Shown: one piece after another, positions 1-12,731 of the stretch
How the letters are laid out: each line of letters starts with the position of its first letter
Position numbering within the stretch: the stretch's first letter is position 1
Virus record (IMG/VR): IMGVR_UViG_3300045988_126226
Location: 131,035-192,808 of that record
Source of the DNA: a virus
Reading direction: 5' to 3' (one strand)
DNA: 61,774 nt
Notes under the pieces: generated by a model
Databases searched by the model: none
What the model was told of the DNA's origin: nothing
Seen by the model: only the letters and a program-made list of their open reading frames with translations
Made by a program: the position numbers and the translations under genes

Positions 1-306
1 AAATTATTCTATAATTTTTCTAAGTTTAAATTACTCTATCTTAAAGACTAAGAGAACTTAGTCAAATCCATTTTTCCAGTTTTTATATTTACTGTTTGAG
101 ATAAAATAGTCTATAACTTAGAAGCGGCTATTTGTGCTTCTGTCAATTCTTTTGTTATAGGTAATTTTTGAGTTTGAACTTCATTTACTGAAGACTTCAA
201 TAAATTATCTAACTAAAATTGCAAATCTCTAATTTGATTCTGAGCAGATTTAGAATCAGCAGTAAATTGTAAATTAACCTAATAACTATTTAATTGTTTA
301 GCCATA
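1..306 (-). CDS. late structural protein, N-terminal part (gene continues beyond window start); coiled-coil-like, several in-frame TAG
   Basis: ATG at 306-304 with SD aaggag upstream on minus strand; frame stays open to position 1 only if TAG is read as sense. Confidence 0.4.
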
Positions 307-349
307 GAAATCTCCTTTCTCTCCAAGTTTTATCTTTATATAAAAATAA

Positions 350-392
350 AACGGGGATAAGAGCAATTACACTCTTATCCCCATCACTCTAT
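350..392 (-). terminator. intrinsic terminator after gene 428..961
   Basis: GC hairpin ggggataagag...ctcttatcccc followed by T-run on minus strand. Confidence 0.5.
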
Positions 393-427
393 TATTTTTC
401 AAAAAATAATATTATTAACTAATTTAA

Positions 428-961
428 TTAGCCCAATTTAGTAAGTACATCTTTCAACAAAGCCATATTATCTGGATCATTCAATTTCTTTTGAATATCT
501 GTTGCGTCCAAATCTAAATTACTATAATCCGCGGAAATTGCTTCCATAATACCCATCGCGGAATTGCGATATGACACAATATTATTAGCCATTTCGTGAG
601 TCGTTTTATTTAAATAATAAAATTCTCCATCGGGCACAAGACCAATAATAAGATTAAGCACTTTAGAAGCATTAAGCATATCATAAAGCTTCATTGGATC
701 TTCTTTTTGCTTTTCAGTAAATGAAATATTACTATAAGCATAAACAATCTCTAAGCCAAGATTCATATCTAGCTTTAAAAGATTATAATATCCAGTATTT
801 TCATCTACTGAATTATTCAATACACGAGTAATTAATTCACTCTTTTCCGCAATAGGAAGATATTGCTTTACTTCAATGGTCTAATCATTATATTCAACAG
901 TTTGAACTTTATTAAATTCATCCTTAGTAATTCCTAATTTATTATATGAAATTTTAGCCAT
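428..961 (-). CDS. late structural protein (177 aa, 1 in-frame TAG)
   Basis: ATG 961-959 with SD ggagg; ORF 428..820 extends in frame through TAG; stop TAA. Confidence 0.5.
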
Positions 962-1021
962 AATTAGCCTCCTTTTACTCTTTATTAAATTATACAAAAA
1001 ATTTTTTATTTAGTCAATTTT

Positions 1022-2125
1022 TTAGAGATTCTAAAATTTACTTTGATTAATTCTAATACGTCCATACAAAGCTTTTTCCCAACTTATATCCCCATTAAAA
1101 TAATCATCGTCAATATTATCAATAAGTTCTTTTACTACAGTTATAGTTGGAATAACTTTAATTACTCCATTTAAATTCAATACTAAAAATTTAGTATAAT
1201 TACCACCAATCAATTTATTCAATACAGTATCTACATAATTAGATTTTCCGCCTGTTAATTCATAAATTGCTCTTAATCTATAAAAATATTTAGGAGCGTC
1301 AGGGTGTTCTTTAGGATAGTGTCTCTATTTACAACCTAACATACGATAATATCTTTGTATTTTACTAGAAGCCCCACCAAGAGGAATCATAGTCATAAAA
1401 ACGCGGAAAGGATTTGTTGATCCTAGCTCAATCTAAGTATTGGACATATAATTTTTTGCAGTAAAAGTAGCATTTAATAAAGCATCATAAAGATCCTCGT
1501 CTATTTGATAATGAGAATTCTACTATATAGTATAAGTTTGCTATATTCCTATAATATCAGTTTTACCTGACACTCCTCTCATTGTTGAAATAGAATTCTA
1601 AACGTCTTTTTTAATCTAATCTCCTGCTTTCTTATATATATCACCCATTAAATTCTTAATATCATCATCAATATTTTTAGATAAATCAATAACATTAACT
1701 TGCCCTGTTCCAGCTTTTTTACTTGCACTTGTAATAGTCATGCCTCTATTACCTGCAAAATAATTCTCCGCTGTTGCCACTGCTTCAGCCACTACATTTT
1801 CAAAATATTTGCCACGAGAATCATTATTATCCAAATTTTTAGGAATATTAAACAAAAAATTCATTGAAGAAAATAAATCTGGATTAATCTATTCTAAAGA
1901 ATCTAATAATTCTGCCATTTGAGCGTCTTGAATTACATTTCCTTGTTGCCGGTTTTGAATACTTCTAAAAAATTCTTCCAACTTCTTTGCTTGCTTTTCC
2001 TAAGTTCCTCTCGCATGTAGCTTCTAACTCATACTTCTTTTTGTATAATCATAAGATTTTTTTAAAAAATCCTAAGTGTTCATTTCTCGCGGACTCATTT
2101 TAATACTTCTCTATAATGAATTCAT
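1022..2125 (-). CDS. late structural protein (367 aa, >=8 in-frame TAG)
   Basis: ATG 2125-2123 with SD ggaaaaggagg; fragments 1616..1864 and 1031..1222 lie in one frame joined only by TAG codons; TAA stop at 1022. Confidence 0.5.
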
Positions 2126-2186
2126 AAATCCTCCTTTTCCACATAACGAAAAAATGGGAGAGAATATTTCTATTCTCTCCCATTAA

Positions 2187-2375
2187 TTAATCTTTTTTAT
2201 CTAATTCAGATAAAATCTTACTTACCTCATCTTCCTCTTGAAGAACTACTTCCTCAACAGGTTTAATAGGCTCTTTCTTTACTACAGCCTTTTCTACTTT
2301 TGGCTGCTTTTTAGTAGACTTTTTATCAGGCTGTTTCGGCTGTATATCAATTTTTACAGGACCTTTTACAACCAT
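2187..2375 (-). CDS. small Lys/Glu-rich protein (62 aa)
   Basis: ORF with SD aaggac, TAA stop. Confidence 0.5.
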   Translation of the reverse strand: MVVKGPVKIDIQPKQPDKKSTKKQPKVEKAVVKKEPIKPVEEVVLQEEDEVSKILSELDKKD

Positions 2376-2381
2376 AATTAA

Positions 2382-3449
2382 TTAGTCCTTACTAGCGCTA
2401 TAAGCGTTGGTCTTTCTACGAATATCGTTGTCAACAGTTTCGTCTTCTTCAATGATCTGAATAGCAGCCAAAACCTTCTTACTATGATCGAAACGAGTAT
2501 AATCAGGGAACGCATCCATAGTAAAGGTGAAGGTAGAAGGATCACCAGAAGAAGCCATTGCAAAGTTGAAGTTAGACTGAATCTTACAGTTAGGAATAAT
2601 AAATTCAGCAGGCATATCTACACCATCTTGATTACGGAATAAAGTAGAAGCCTCAAGATAATAGTTACCACCAAATTTATCAGCAGTGATTTCAATCTAC
2701 TTAGCGCCAGAAGCACGAGTAGTATAATAATCAACCATTACAGAGTCAAAATCACTCAAGCAATCAGCAAAATCTTCCGCGACAATATCGTATCCATTTT
2801 TGTCAGATCTTTCAAAAGCAATTACTTGAACGCTCTTTAGTTCATCAGCAGTATCTTTTACAATAGAGCCATCGCTTTCTTTAATTTTCTTAGCAACATT
2901 ATGTGAAAGATAAGCTTCGGAAATAATTTCTCCGTTTTTCATAAAGAAAACATAGACATAATCTTCATCAGCAGAAGTCTTATCAAAATAAGGCTCATAA
3001 TTAAGAGGAATATCGACAGAAGTAATTGCCTTTAAAGCCGTCATTTTTTCATCATTGCTTGTATAAGACTTTTCTAAAGCAGCCTTAAGAGCAGGATCAA
3101 ATTTTAAAACATCTTTCTTATCAATAGTTTGAGTTACATGCTGTTGAATTTTATTATTGGCGGAAGCCTCAGTAAGACCAGCACCGGAAAGAATCATGAA
3201 ACCTTCAGGAGAAATAAGAGCATCTTCCATTGTGAAGGTAACAGTACGCTCGCCTTCCCATGCGACTAAGTTAGTATTACCACGAGCACCTTGTGCGTAT
3301 ACGGTGGTAGCAGCGCCTTCCATACTGGAAGTCTTTAAAGTGTCGAAATAAATAACTGGCTCATTCTTATAAAATTGCTTATTACCAATTACTTGATTAG
3401 TCTTTGCCTTTAAAACGACATCGCAAATTTCGCGTACACCAAATTTCAT
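2382..3449 (-). CDS. major structural protein, possibly tail tube/sheath-class (355 aa, 1 TAG)
   Basis: ORFs 2697..3449 and 2382..2615 are in frame across a single TAG; strong SD; abundant-protein-like composition. Confidence 0.5.
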
Positions 3450-3473
3450 AGGTTTTTTTCCTCCTTAAAAAAT

Positions 3474-4199
3474 TTAATGGATATTTTTCATCCAGTTATC
3501 CGGCTTATTATCAGGCTTCGCGCCAGCTAATCTAGACCGGATATCAATATCCCAATTAATATAAAGTTGATATCTTTCAACAAGGTCATAGAGTTGGAAC
3601 ATTGTTAAATCCATTAAATCCTGTAAAGACATTGAATCAAGACCTACAGTAAGCATTGAAAGATACTAACTAAATATACTAGCGTTAGCCGTGCCGTTTA
3701 ATTCAGCGACACGTTGTCTACCTCGCATTAATTTATCGGCTATTTTTTTCGCGGCCGCATTTCCAGGATTAAATCCCATTTCTTGCGAAGCATTAGACTT
3801 AAAACAAAATATTTCTTTAATATATTCCTATAATATATTAAAATTACTTTCGTCAATCATTATTTGCGGGTCACCTTGTAAAACAATTGACCTAGGGGTA
3901 AATAAAACATTTTGCTTTGGAAACAATAATGTAAGAACCTACATAGATGCTTGTTTTTTATCGGCCATCTCTTTTTCTTTCATCATTGTCATAAATATCT
4001 AAAAATTATTTGTTTCTCTTAAAAGACTTTCGCCCGAATTCTCTATTATGTTTTTATCAATACATAAGCACTAAATCCCCAAGAAAAGATCTTTTTCACC
4101 TATAAAAGAAATCTCTTTTATAGATGGCTAATGAATAGTAACTTCTAATTCAGGTATCGGCAAATCAATACCAGTCATTAAACCAAGTCTAATATCCAT
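3474..4199 (-). CDS. late structural protein (241 aa, 9 in-frame TAG)
   Basis: ATG 4199-4197 overlaps upstream stop (TAATG); frame open to TAA at 3474 only with TAG as sense. Confidence 0.45.
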
Positions 4200-4780
4200 T
4201 ACTTTTCAGTTCTTTTTTTAAAATCTTCTATAAATCTTTCCTCATCATTAGGATTTGGCATAAATTTCTTATCTTCTTCACCATGGACTGCTTGATACAT
4301 AAGACACAAACCAGCATATTCATCAGTTAAAATAATTTGATTAGCACCAAGAAACTCCAACTTGCCAATACCAGTTAAATGTGTTTTATCTATCATACTG
4401 TCAATTTCAGCAGCAATGCGATAAGGGCGTAATTGATAATCTTTTAAATGCCACTAATCATAATGACACACAATATCAAATTCAATAATATTATCTCTAA
4501 ATTCTGGATTTTCACTCTAGACAAAATTATCAAAATTAATAACTATATAATTTAATACACTTCCATCAACATAAAGTTTAGGAATTATTTTAATATTTTT
4601 ATTAAATAATTGAATCATCTGTTCATCATTTAAATCCGGTTTATCAATAGCATCTTTTGTTGTATAGTATAATAAACGTTTAAGTCTTTCATTTTTACAA
4701 AGATGCTTTACAACAATTTCTAAATCTTTTTCAACAGAAAGAAAACTTGATTTAGGTAAATTTACACCATTAATTTTCAT
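4199..4780 (-). CDS. late structural protein (193 aa, 3 TAG)
   Basis: ATG 4780-4778 with SD aaggag; 4517..4780 and 4199..4396 in frame via TAG. Confidence 0.5.
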
Positions 4781-4795
4781 AACACCTTTTACTCC

Positions 4796-5860
4796 TTAAA
4801 ACAATGATTGAACTACAATTGTTTTTTTATAATCTCCATAACATAAGTCAAACTATCCACTATATCCAGAAGTCCAACTTATTTCAACTGTTGGCTTTTT
4901 AGCCTCTTTAATAACTTTTAAAGAAACTGGCAACTTTTTATTATTCTCTATTTTCCATTCTAAAGCAACTTTACCATCAAAATAATAAGTATAAGTTTTC
5001 TTTGGAAAAATAAACGTTTCCCCTATAATATCAGTTGTCATAGGATTTGGATCGACCGGTTCCGCAATTAAAGAACCAACAGTCTTATCATCTAAATTAT
5101 CTTCCTACTCATTAATATAATATTCAGTTGCATTGACTTCCAAAATGCCAGGCATGCCTATGGAATCTACAGCTTCAACGCGCCAACAAATTAAATTATC
5201 TCCTTCATCCTAACTATCTAAATAAAATTTAGTATAACGTCTAAAATAACTTAAAGTATCTTTATTTTTAGGCATTAAAATATTTAATGAATAATTAGGT
5301 CGATCCACGCTAATTTCATGTTTCTAAATATAATCAATTTTCGTTTCTACTGGACCGCGAATCGCTGCGTAAGTAGATTTTTTCTCTCCATCATCCACCC
5401 AATTTATTTTATAAGAGCATTTTCTAATATCCCCTCTAAAATAAGCTAATTCAGTCAAATCCTAAAGATAACAAATCCAATAAGTATTAGTTCCGCACCA
5501 TTCAAAAATATCTCCTGGTTTAAACTAATATTCATTTCCAACAGACAAAATCTTATCATCATAATCCTATTTTAATTTATTAGGATTAATCAAACATCTA
5601 ATAGGTTTTTTATATTCCGCGTCCTACTTAATAATTTCCGCGGCTTGGTATGAATTCCATACTGCTCTATCCAAACTTCTGCGCTTAGATAAAATCATAC
5701 GTTCTTGTTGGCGGTTTCCGCCCATTTGACCGAGCCGAACCGCTGTATAATTAACGCCTTCAACAGGGCTACCTTCAAAGGGTGGTTTATCATAAATCCC
5801 TAAACGACCTTGCTATAATCTAAAAGGTTGCTTACTACTATAATCAAACCCTGACGCCAT
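4796..5860 (-). CDS. late structural protein (354 aa, ~9 TAG)
   Basis: ATG 5860-5858 with SD aggag; continuous frame to TAA 4796 when TAG is read through; includes ORF 4853..5041. Confidence 0.5.
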
Positions 5861-6062
5861 AATTTATCTCCTATAAAAGACTGATAGTTTCAAATACAGT
5901 CTTACGATAAAAATTAAAATCAGTATCTTGATTCTACAATCCCTCAAGTTTGTTTAATAACTATAAATAAAGGGGTTCAGCGTTAAAAATCACACTAAAC
6001 CCCACAATTTCATTTATAACAGTTTCTAGCTATTTATGCCAATCTTCATTATTTTCGCGCAT
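5844..6062 (-). CDS. small late protein (72 aa, 4 TAG), overlaps next gene start
   Basis: ATG 6062-6060, TGA stop at 5844; weak. Confidence 0.25.
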
Positions 6063-6141
6063 TGGAATTAATTTCCATAATTGATTGGTTAAGCGCAAAC
6101 AATTTACTTTTATACTCTCTATTGGAATATCAAAATTATAT

Positions 6142-6720
6142 TTAGTAATCATATCGACTTTTAAATACATCCCAATTAGATTCATACTCACCTTTATTAT
6201 TTAAACGTCTGCGTTTATATAAACGCTACATATGGTGAGATTGTCTTTGGCATTCACCTAATAAATTCAATAGTTTTGATAGATGATTTGCCTAAGAAGT
6301 AAATTTAAAATCAGAGCCACTATATTTCATTCGAGTATTCTCAATTGAAGTGACTTGTCTTTGCGTCCAACCGCACATCATTAAAATAGCTAAAATATTA
6401 ATTTCTTCTTCAGTTAGATCACAATTAAAACTGGATCTATCAACTAAAACTTGAGGTTCTTCACCCGGTTCTGGAAGTTCCCCCCATACTGTTCCTACAA
6501 TAAAATCATCCGGCATAGCGTCAGATTCATTAATAGTAGCGACATCTAAATTATAATTTAAAAGATTTTTTCGCGGAAATTCAAATCCAGGAATAGCATC
6601 TATTATAAGATTCTATAAATCTCTTAAAGTATCTTCGGGGGTTAATTCCAGATACATATCATCAGTAACCTTGTTTAGAAAGCGATTATAAACAGTTGAG
6701 AATAATGTTCCCACTTAATC
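6142..6720 (-). CDS. late structural protein (~192 aa, 3 TAG)
   Basis: GTG 6720-6718 preceded by SD ggaggg; includes ORF 6292..6516; TAA stop. Confidence 0.4.
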
Positions 6721-6733
6721 GCCCTCCTATAAA

Positions 6734-7327
6734 TTATTTCTTGGAGGAAGTTTCCTCGGTTTTATTAATTACTTTATATCCAGAACCGCTTGTGCGACGA
6801 CCTTGAGTAGTAGGCTCTTCTCTTACTACACGGCGCTTAGCCGCAGGTTCTTTCTCTACAATAGTATCTTCTTCTTTACTAGCGATATCATTAGCAATAG
6901 CTTTATCAACATCAAACCCAGTTTTTTCCTTCAAAGCTCTACGCTTATTAATATCAGTAATAGGAAGGCTAACAGATAAATTCTTGATTAAGTCAATAAT
7001 TCCAATAGGAGCAAAATCAAGAGCATCTAAGAAAGCATCTAATGAGCCATTAAGAATTAAATCAGCAACTTGTTGCTCTGACATATTATATTCAGGTTCA
7101 GTATGAACATTAAGAGTATGAGTTACTTCTGGCTCTAAAATTTGTAAAAAATTAGCGATTAATTCACGGCCGCCTGCCTGGTAAGTTAATTTCTCTAGCT
7201 CACCAAATGGAATACGCTTAGTTTCACCGGGCGCAAATTCACGGCGCAAATTAGTATCAGGAATAGTATAAACAACTACACTAGTGCTTCTATTTTTTAC
7301 ATTATAAATATCTTCATTATTAATCAT
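6734..7327 (-). CDS. head-associated protein (197 aa), basic C-terminus
   Basis: complete ORF with SD aaaggag, TAA stop; lies between capsid candidate and tail genes. Confidence 0.55.
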   Translation of the reverse strand: MINNEDIYNVKNRSTSVVVYTIPDTNLRREFAPGETKRIPFGELEKLTYQAGGRELIANFLQILEPEVTHTLNVHTEPEYNMSEQQVADLILNGSLDAFLDALDFAPIGIIDLIKNLSVSLPITDINKRRALKEKTGFDVDKAIANDIASKEEDTIVEKEPAAKRRVVREEPTTQGRRTSGSGYKVINKTEETSSKK

Positions 7328-7359
7328 TATTCAATTTCTCCTTTTACCCATAAAACAAA

Positions 7360-7396
7360 AATATGGGGGGAGGGAGTTTAATCCCTTCTCCCCATG
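7360..7396 (-). terminator. intrinsic terminator downstream of capsid gene
   Basis: G/C-rich hairpin ggggggaggga...tcccttctcccc plus T-run on minus strand. Confidence 0.45.
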
Positions 7397-7413
7397 GAAT
7401 AATTTATATTAAA

Positions 7414-8520
7414 TTAGACAGTACCGTCAAGGCGACCATCATAAGTGATAACCTTACCAGTAACTCCATCATAATTCCAAGTATACATCTGACCGAGAAG
7501 TGAAGTATCAACATAAGCACAGATGTTATTAGTAAGCATACAAACTATGCCAACCTTCTTGTAAACCTGAATCTCACGAGAACGATCATAATTATTGAAC
7601 TCATCAACAATAGTGCCGCCTTCGAAAGCAATCTTTACAGGCTTACCATCAGCGCCCGTAGGAATAACCCAAGCATAACCAGGATCAATAACCTTACGAG
7701 TATTAGTTTCATCTTCAAAACCCTGCTCAAGAATAATAACCTTAATGCCCTTATAAGTAGCAAGACGACCATTATTCCAAAGCTCGTTCTTCATAGCTTC
7801 AGTATATCTCCAAGCCTCATGAGGAATCATCTTAACAGCGAACTCATAAGTACAATAAATAGTAGGAGTACCATAAGCAGAAGCAATAGTGATCAAACGA
7901 TCCATAGCAGCTTCATCAAATCCGGCAGCCGCAACGCGGTTAGCAGGAGGAAGCTGATTGATAGAAGATCTAAGAGCCGCAGCAACTTCTTTATAAATAA
8001 GTTCATCCATACCATCCATGATGATCTTGGTTACTTCACCGAAATCAACACGACCATCAAGGAACTCTTCGAAGCCAATCTGAGCAGCTCCGCCGATAGC
8101 GCTAGTACGTACCTCGAAGGCTTCATTCTCTTTAGGTCCGAGCTTGAAGACTTCGTAAATACCAGCAAGACCAACGCGAGTTACAAACTGCTTAGCACGA
8201 GCGCGGTTATTAAGAGGACGACGGAAAATAGGCTTATCACCCTGAGCGAAAGTCTTAACCTCAGCAAACTGATCGTATTGCTGAATAACTTTCTTAGGAA
8301 GAACCTCATCAAGAGTCTGCTCGATCATGGAGAAAATAAGATTCTTATTTTCACGATAAAGAGCATAAGTACCAGCCAACTCATTCATTTCATTACGAAG
8401 AGTTTCATTTAAGGCTTCATAACTAAGATTTTTTCCCTCATAACTATAAGCAACAGGAGCAGAAGGATCAGCCTTAGCAACTTGCTTCATAAGAGCAATT
8501 AAATTATTTTTATCTAACAT
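7414..8520 (-). CDS. major capsid protein candidate (368 aa, TAG-free)
   Basis: uninterrupted ORF, SD aaaggag, followed by terminator; size and position (after scaffold-like gene) fit an HK97-class MCP; absence of TAG may reflect high expression. Confidence 0.45.
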   Translation of the reverse strand: MLDKNNLIALMKQVAKADPSAPVAYSYEGKNLSYEALNETLRNEMNELAGTYALYRENKNLIFSMIEQTLDEVLPKKVIQQYDQFAEVKTFAQGDKPIFRRPLNNRARAKQFVTRVGLAGIYEVFKLGPKENEAFEVRTSAIGGAAQIGFEEFLDGRVDFGEVTKIIMDGMDELIYKEVAAALRSSINQLPPANRVAAAGFDEAAMDRLITIASAYGTPTIYCTYEFAVKMIPHEAWRYTEAMKNELWNNGRLATYKGIKVIILEQGFEDETNTRKVIDPGYAWVIPTGADGKPVKIAFEGGTIVDEFNNYDRSREIQVYKKVGIVCMLTNNICAYVDTSLLGQMYTWNYDGVTGKVITYDGRLDGTV

Positions 8521-8537
8521 TATCCTTTTCTCCTTTC

Positions 8538-9455
8538 TTACTTAATACGCATTACCTTGACGCCCTTTTGACCATCAGGCATAGTATAAACCTTAACAAC
8601 CTGCCAGGTCATTGAATCGTCGCCAGTTTTGCTAAGAATACCCTTTGTAGCAGCAGAAGGAGAAAGTTTATCTCCAACAGCAAGAGTCTCTTCATTAATC
8701 ATATTAGTAGTATAAAGATCACCAATCATGGTCTTAAATACACGAGGAACCATAGAAGTGCCAGATTCCATGAACTTCTCATGATAGATACCTAACTTAT
8801 GATATGGATCATTGGTCCAATTCATTTCATACATATCAGGAACATCAGTAAGAAGTTTATCATAATAATACTTTACAGGAACATTAGCAACCTGATGATT
8901 ACTATCAAGAGTATATTCATTACCATCATAGGTAAACTTGCCGGTTTCATCAACATCATAAACACGACCAGCAATAGTAACAGTCTTTAAACCCTGATCT
9001 GCGGAAACGGTCTGATTGATTAATTTATAGGTTTGACCCTTTTCATCAACGCCGTTCCAGAAACGACCACCATATTCAACCTCGGTATGCTCCCAATCAT
9101 AAGGACTATAAACACGAGCCTGATAGTCATCTTTAATCATAGCAAATTCGCAATCCCACTGCTTACTGCCATCATAATGATCGCGATAAAGCTTGATCTC
9201 GTTATAAACGAGCATCCATTCACCTTCGCCAGTGAAGTTGACTTCGCCAATACCATTATCATTAGCAGCATAGTCATACTTTACAAACTGACCGTTTTCA
9301 AGAATCTCAATGTCTTTATTAGCAGGAAGTTGAGCATAGATTTGAGCATTTCTTTGTGCGGAAAGGTGATTAGGCTCGACCTGACCGTAACCAAACTCAA
9401 CATACTTTGCCTGAGACTTAATAAAAAGATTCTTATTCAAAAAGTCTTTAAACAT
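8538..9455 (-). CDS. head protein (305 aa, TAG-free); alternative MCP or decoration protein
   Basis: uninterrupted ORF with SD aaggagg between scaffold-like gene and MCP candidate. Confidence 0.45.
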   Translation of the reverse strand: MFKDFLNKNLFIKSQAKYVEFGYGQVEPNHLSAQRNAQIYAQLPANKDIEILENGQFVKYDYAANDNGIGEVNFTGEGEWMLVYNEIKLYRDHYDGSKQWDCEFAMIKDDYQARVYSPYDWEHTEVEYGGRFWNGVDEKGQTYKLINQTVSADQGLKTVTIAGRVYDVDETGKFTYDGNEYTLDSNHQVANVPVKYYYDKLLTDVPDMYEMNWTNDPYHKLGIYHEKFMESGTSMVPRVFKTMIGDLYTTNMINEETLAVGDKLSPSAATKGILSKTGDDSMTWQVVKVYTMPDGQKGVKVMRIK

Positions 9456-9472
9456 TTAGTATGTCCTCCTTA

Positions 9473-11059
9473 TTAATTTTTGTTGGCGGTAGCAAAAGCC
9501 GCCTTCACCCAAGCGGGCATATCATCATCTTCTGAACCATTATCGTTCAAATTAAAAGTAGTAGCACCATTGGGCTTATTATTTTCGTCAAGGTCGAAAC
9601 TCACCTTGTTGCGAACACAAATAACAGATAATTTAGCTTCAATATCATCAAGAGAATATTTATCAATATTTTCAACAACATCAGCCTTATCTTCATCAGA
9701 AAGCATATAGAATTTAGCAATCATATCTTCTTTATCTTTCTTCTCAGCGGCATTTTTAAATTCAACAAGTGGAGCAATTTGCTCTTTCAAGCTATTATTT
9801 TCAGTTTCAAGAGCCGCGAATTTAATCTGTAATTCATCATACTGAGCTTTAAGTTCAGTATATTCAACAACGTCCTCAAGAGAATAATTTTTCTTTTTCT
9901 TTTTATCATCATCATTCTCGCCATTGTCGCCTTTATCAGACTTATTAGAGGGTTCCCCATTATCAGGGTTCTTTTTATTATCATTGCCCTCTGATTTATT
10001 ATCAGGGTTTTGGCCATTAGATTTATTATTTTTGTCCTCTTCCTCAGCCTTTTTCTTTGAAGCATAGTCAGTCTCAAAAGCTTCAACATCAGCAAGAACA
10101 AATTGAGGCTCTGCTGCCGGAGTATAAGACTTAGTTACTTCAGTTAAAGCATCAGAAGGAACAAAGCCTTCTACATCGGTAAGAGAAAAGTCCATGCGAT
10201 AATATTTTTGGTCTTGTCTATTTTGAAGAATAGCAAACTTTTGTCCAGCATCTTCATAAACGCCTTCAATGCGATAAATAGAACAATAACTACTAGGCTC
10301 GCCAGGATATTTAGTCTCAACATAAGACCAGAGAGAATTCCACAAACTATCGCCAATTTCAACAGCATATTGTGTAAACACTTTGGGTCCTCCTTCTTTC
10401 ATAAATTCTTTAAGTTCATTCATCATGGAGAACAAAGTGTTCTTAAAACCATCATCGAATGAAAAATTCACATTGATTTGGGAGCCTTCGAAACAAGGTT
10501 CATTTTCTTCTCCCAAAATACAAAGTTTAGAAATAATTGCCTTATTTATAATAAAAAACTAAGGCTTTCCATTACTATCTTTTGCCCACGTAGCATTTAA
10601 TGTTTTTTCATCAAGCTCCATAGAATGATTATTCCCTTTCTCAACTACACGTTTACACTCAGGATACTAACCAGTCCACAAATAACCTTCAGTCATTAAA
10701 TACTCACGTTCAGCAACACCATCATCCAAAAATTTCTAAAACCAAACTTTAGCTCCAAGATCAACAAAACCATAAGGGCGAGTATTATCTCTCATTCTAA
10801 ATTCGCCATTAGATAACTCAATTATCCTATTATGTTCTTCAAAATCTTCCGCATTCTCATTAAAAAAGCCAACAATAGGACTGCCAGGAAGGCTATTAGC
10901 CATCTCAGTCGCTACATCTTTAGTAATTACGCTTTTGTTACGATTAGGTTTATCATCTACATAACAAACCTTAATTTGACATTTAGAAATTAAAGGATTT
11001 ACAGGAGTTATATTTATAAACTCACAAGGTGTATTTAATTTAATACTTGTATGTTTCAT
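9473..11059 (-). CDS. prohead protease/scaffold-like fusion protein (528 aa, 3 TAG)
   Basis: ORF 10736..11059 (ATG, SD aaggagg) continues in frame through TAGs into ORF 9473..10516; C-terminal coiled coil and K/D/N-rich low-complexity tail; sits immediately upstream of capsid genes. Confidence 0.45.
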
Positions 11060-11068
11060 AAATCCTCC

Positions 11069-12631
11069 TTATTTCATCGCTTCTTTATTTTGAATAGTTT
11101 TTTCACTTTTCTAATCATCAGGTTTTTCCGGACGTCCTGCCTCGCCATTAGAAACTTTAGCAGTTCCAGAACCTGAACTTCCTGAATTATTTTGAGTTTT
11201 ATTATTAGATGATGAACCTTTTAAACCCAAAATATCTTCACTACCCATAGTAGAACTCATAAGAGGAGGAATCATAATTTCACTTAAATGTAAAATCTCA
11301 TTTTCAAAATGAGCTGCATTAAGAATAAAACTCTATGAATGTCCAAGAGCAATCTAAGACAATAGTTTTGATTGTCCCATTTGCGCTTGTTCTTTATACA
11401 TTTTAGAAAGTGTTTGATAATTATTTTGAGTAGTTTCTAATAAATAAAATCTAAAATTATATTTTTTATTACTACTCTTTTTCTCAATAATTCTATTAAA
11501 GAATATATTAAACTATAAAATTAAGCTTCTTATTGTAGATTCATCATTTAATACTGATTTTTCTAAAGCCATATTGCCATCAGTATTAAATAAATTCTAT
11601 GAAATACCTAATGAATTATAAACACTACGTTCAACTTTAGCTAAATCATCTGTCGTTGTAGTAGTATTCTTATCAGACATATCAATAGAATCTACATCAG
11701 TAAATGTAGTTAAAACATCTACTCCAATAGCCCTCTATAACATCTAAACGGCATTATTATGGATATCTCTGGCTTCATCAACATCAAATATCAAATCACC
11801 ATTTTTATCCATTGGGAGCTTTTGGACTAAAATTTTAAGCAACTTCTACATTTGTTTCTTGCGGTCAAGATCTTGCGCTGCATCTAAATCCATAATAGTA
11901 GGAATGGAATTTACAAAAATAGGAACATCACTATTATTAATATTAAATTTAATACAATTTTCTGGCTCAAGAACATACCAACTACCAGTATGCTAGCATC
12001 CAACCGCTTCTTCTAAAGCAAGTTTTCCTTGCTTATATAAAACATAACCTTTAGCAAATTCTTCTGGGAATAATTTTAATACTTTTAAGCGGTAATTCAT
12101 ATCTCTAAAAGTATCAAAAAATCGCATATCAAATTCGACAACTGGGGTATTATTTACACTATAACGTGTTCTACAATATCTAACGGGCAATTCTTGTAAA
12201 ATTAGATTTTTTTCTGAAGGAACTATATATCCATAATAGCATCCATTTTTAACGACTTGTAAAGCAATATCTCCGCAAATCTTTTTAATATAACTATTAT
12301 CAAAATAATTCAGCATTCTATAAAAATCTTTTAAAACTTTTTCTTCTTTTACATTATCATCATAAGTTTCGGCCGCAATATACCAATCATAGCGGTATAA
12401 AAAAGCAACATAATTACAAACTCGTTGATATACACCACTTATATCATAATAAAAATTAGAAATGTATCGTAAAGCATTTAAGTCCCTTTCTGCGAGCGCG
12501 CGAAGCACATCAGGTTTCGTGATAATACGAGTTTGACCTGGGTATCTAATCTTACTATAATCACCAAGTTTTAAAATAGCATCATCTAAAGTTTTTGTGC
12601 CAACTTTTATTTTTCTATTGGCATAATCCAT
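11069..12631 (-). CDS. portal protein candidate (~520 aa, several TAG)
   Basis: ORF 11993..12631 continues through TAGs to TAA at 11069, which abuts the SD of the next gene; Ser/Gly/Asn-rich C-terminus; position after terL; start could be TTG near 12718. Confidence 0.45.
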
Positions 12632-12731
12632 AGTGTCATTATAATTATATTCATAACGACTATTATAAATATCAAAACCTTTAGCGTGAATCTAATCATT
12701 ACGATCTTGCGTATCCAAAGTTCCACCTCCT

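Noticed and set aside
7819-9476. Plus-strand ORFs 7819..8412, 8799..8990, 9033..9476 inside the capsid gene region
   Set aside because: Antisense to well-supported minus-strand genes. No SD sites. Ile/Asn/Ser-rich composition typical of frame artefacts in AT-rich DNA.
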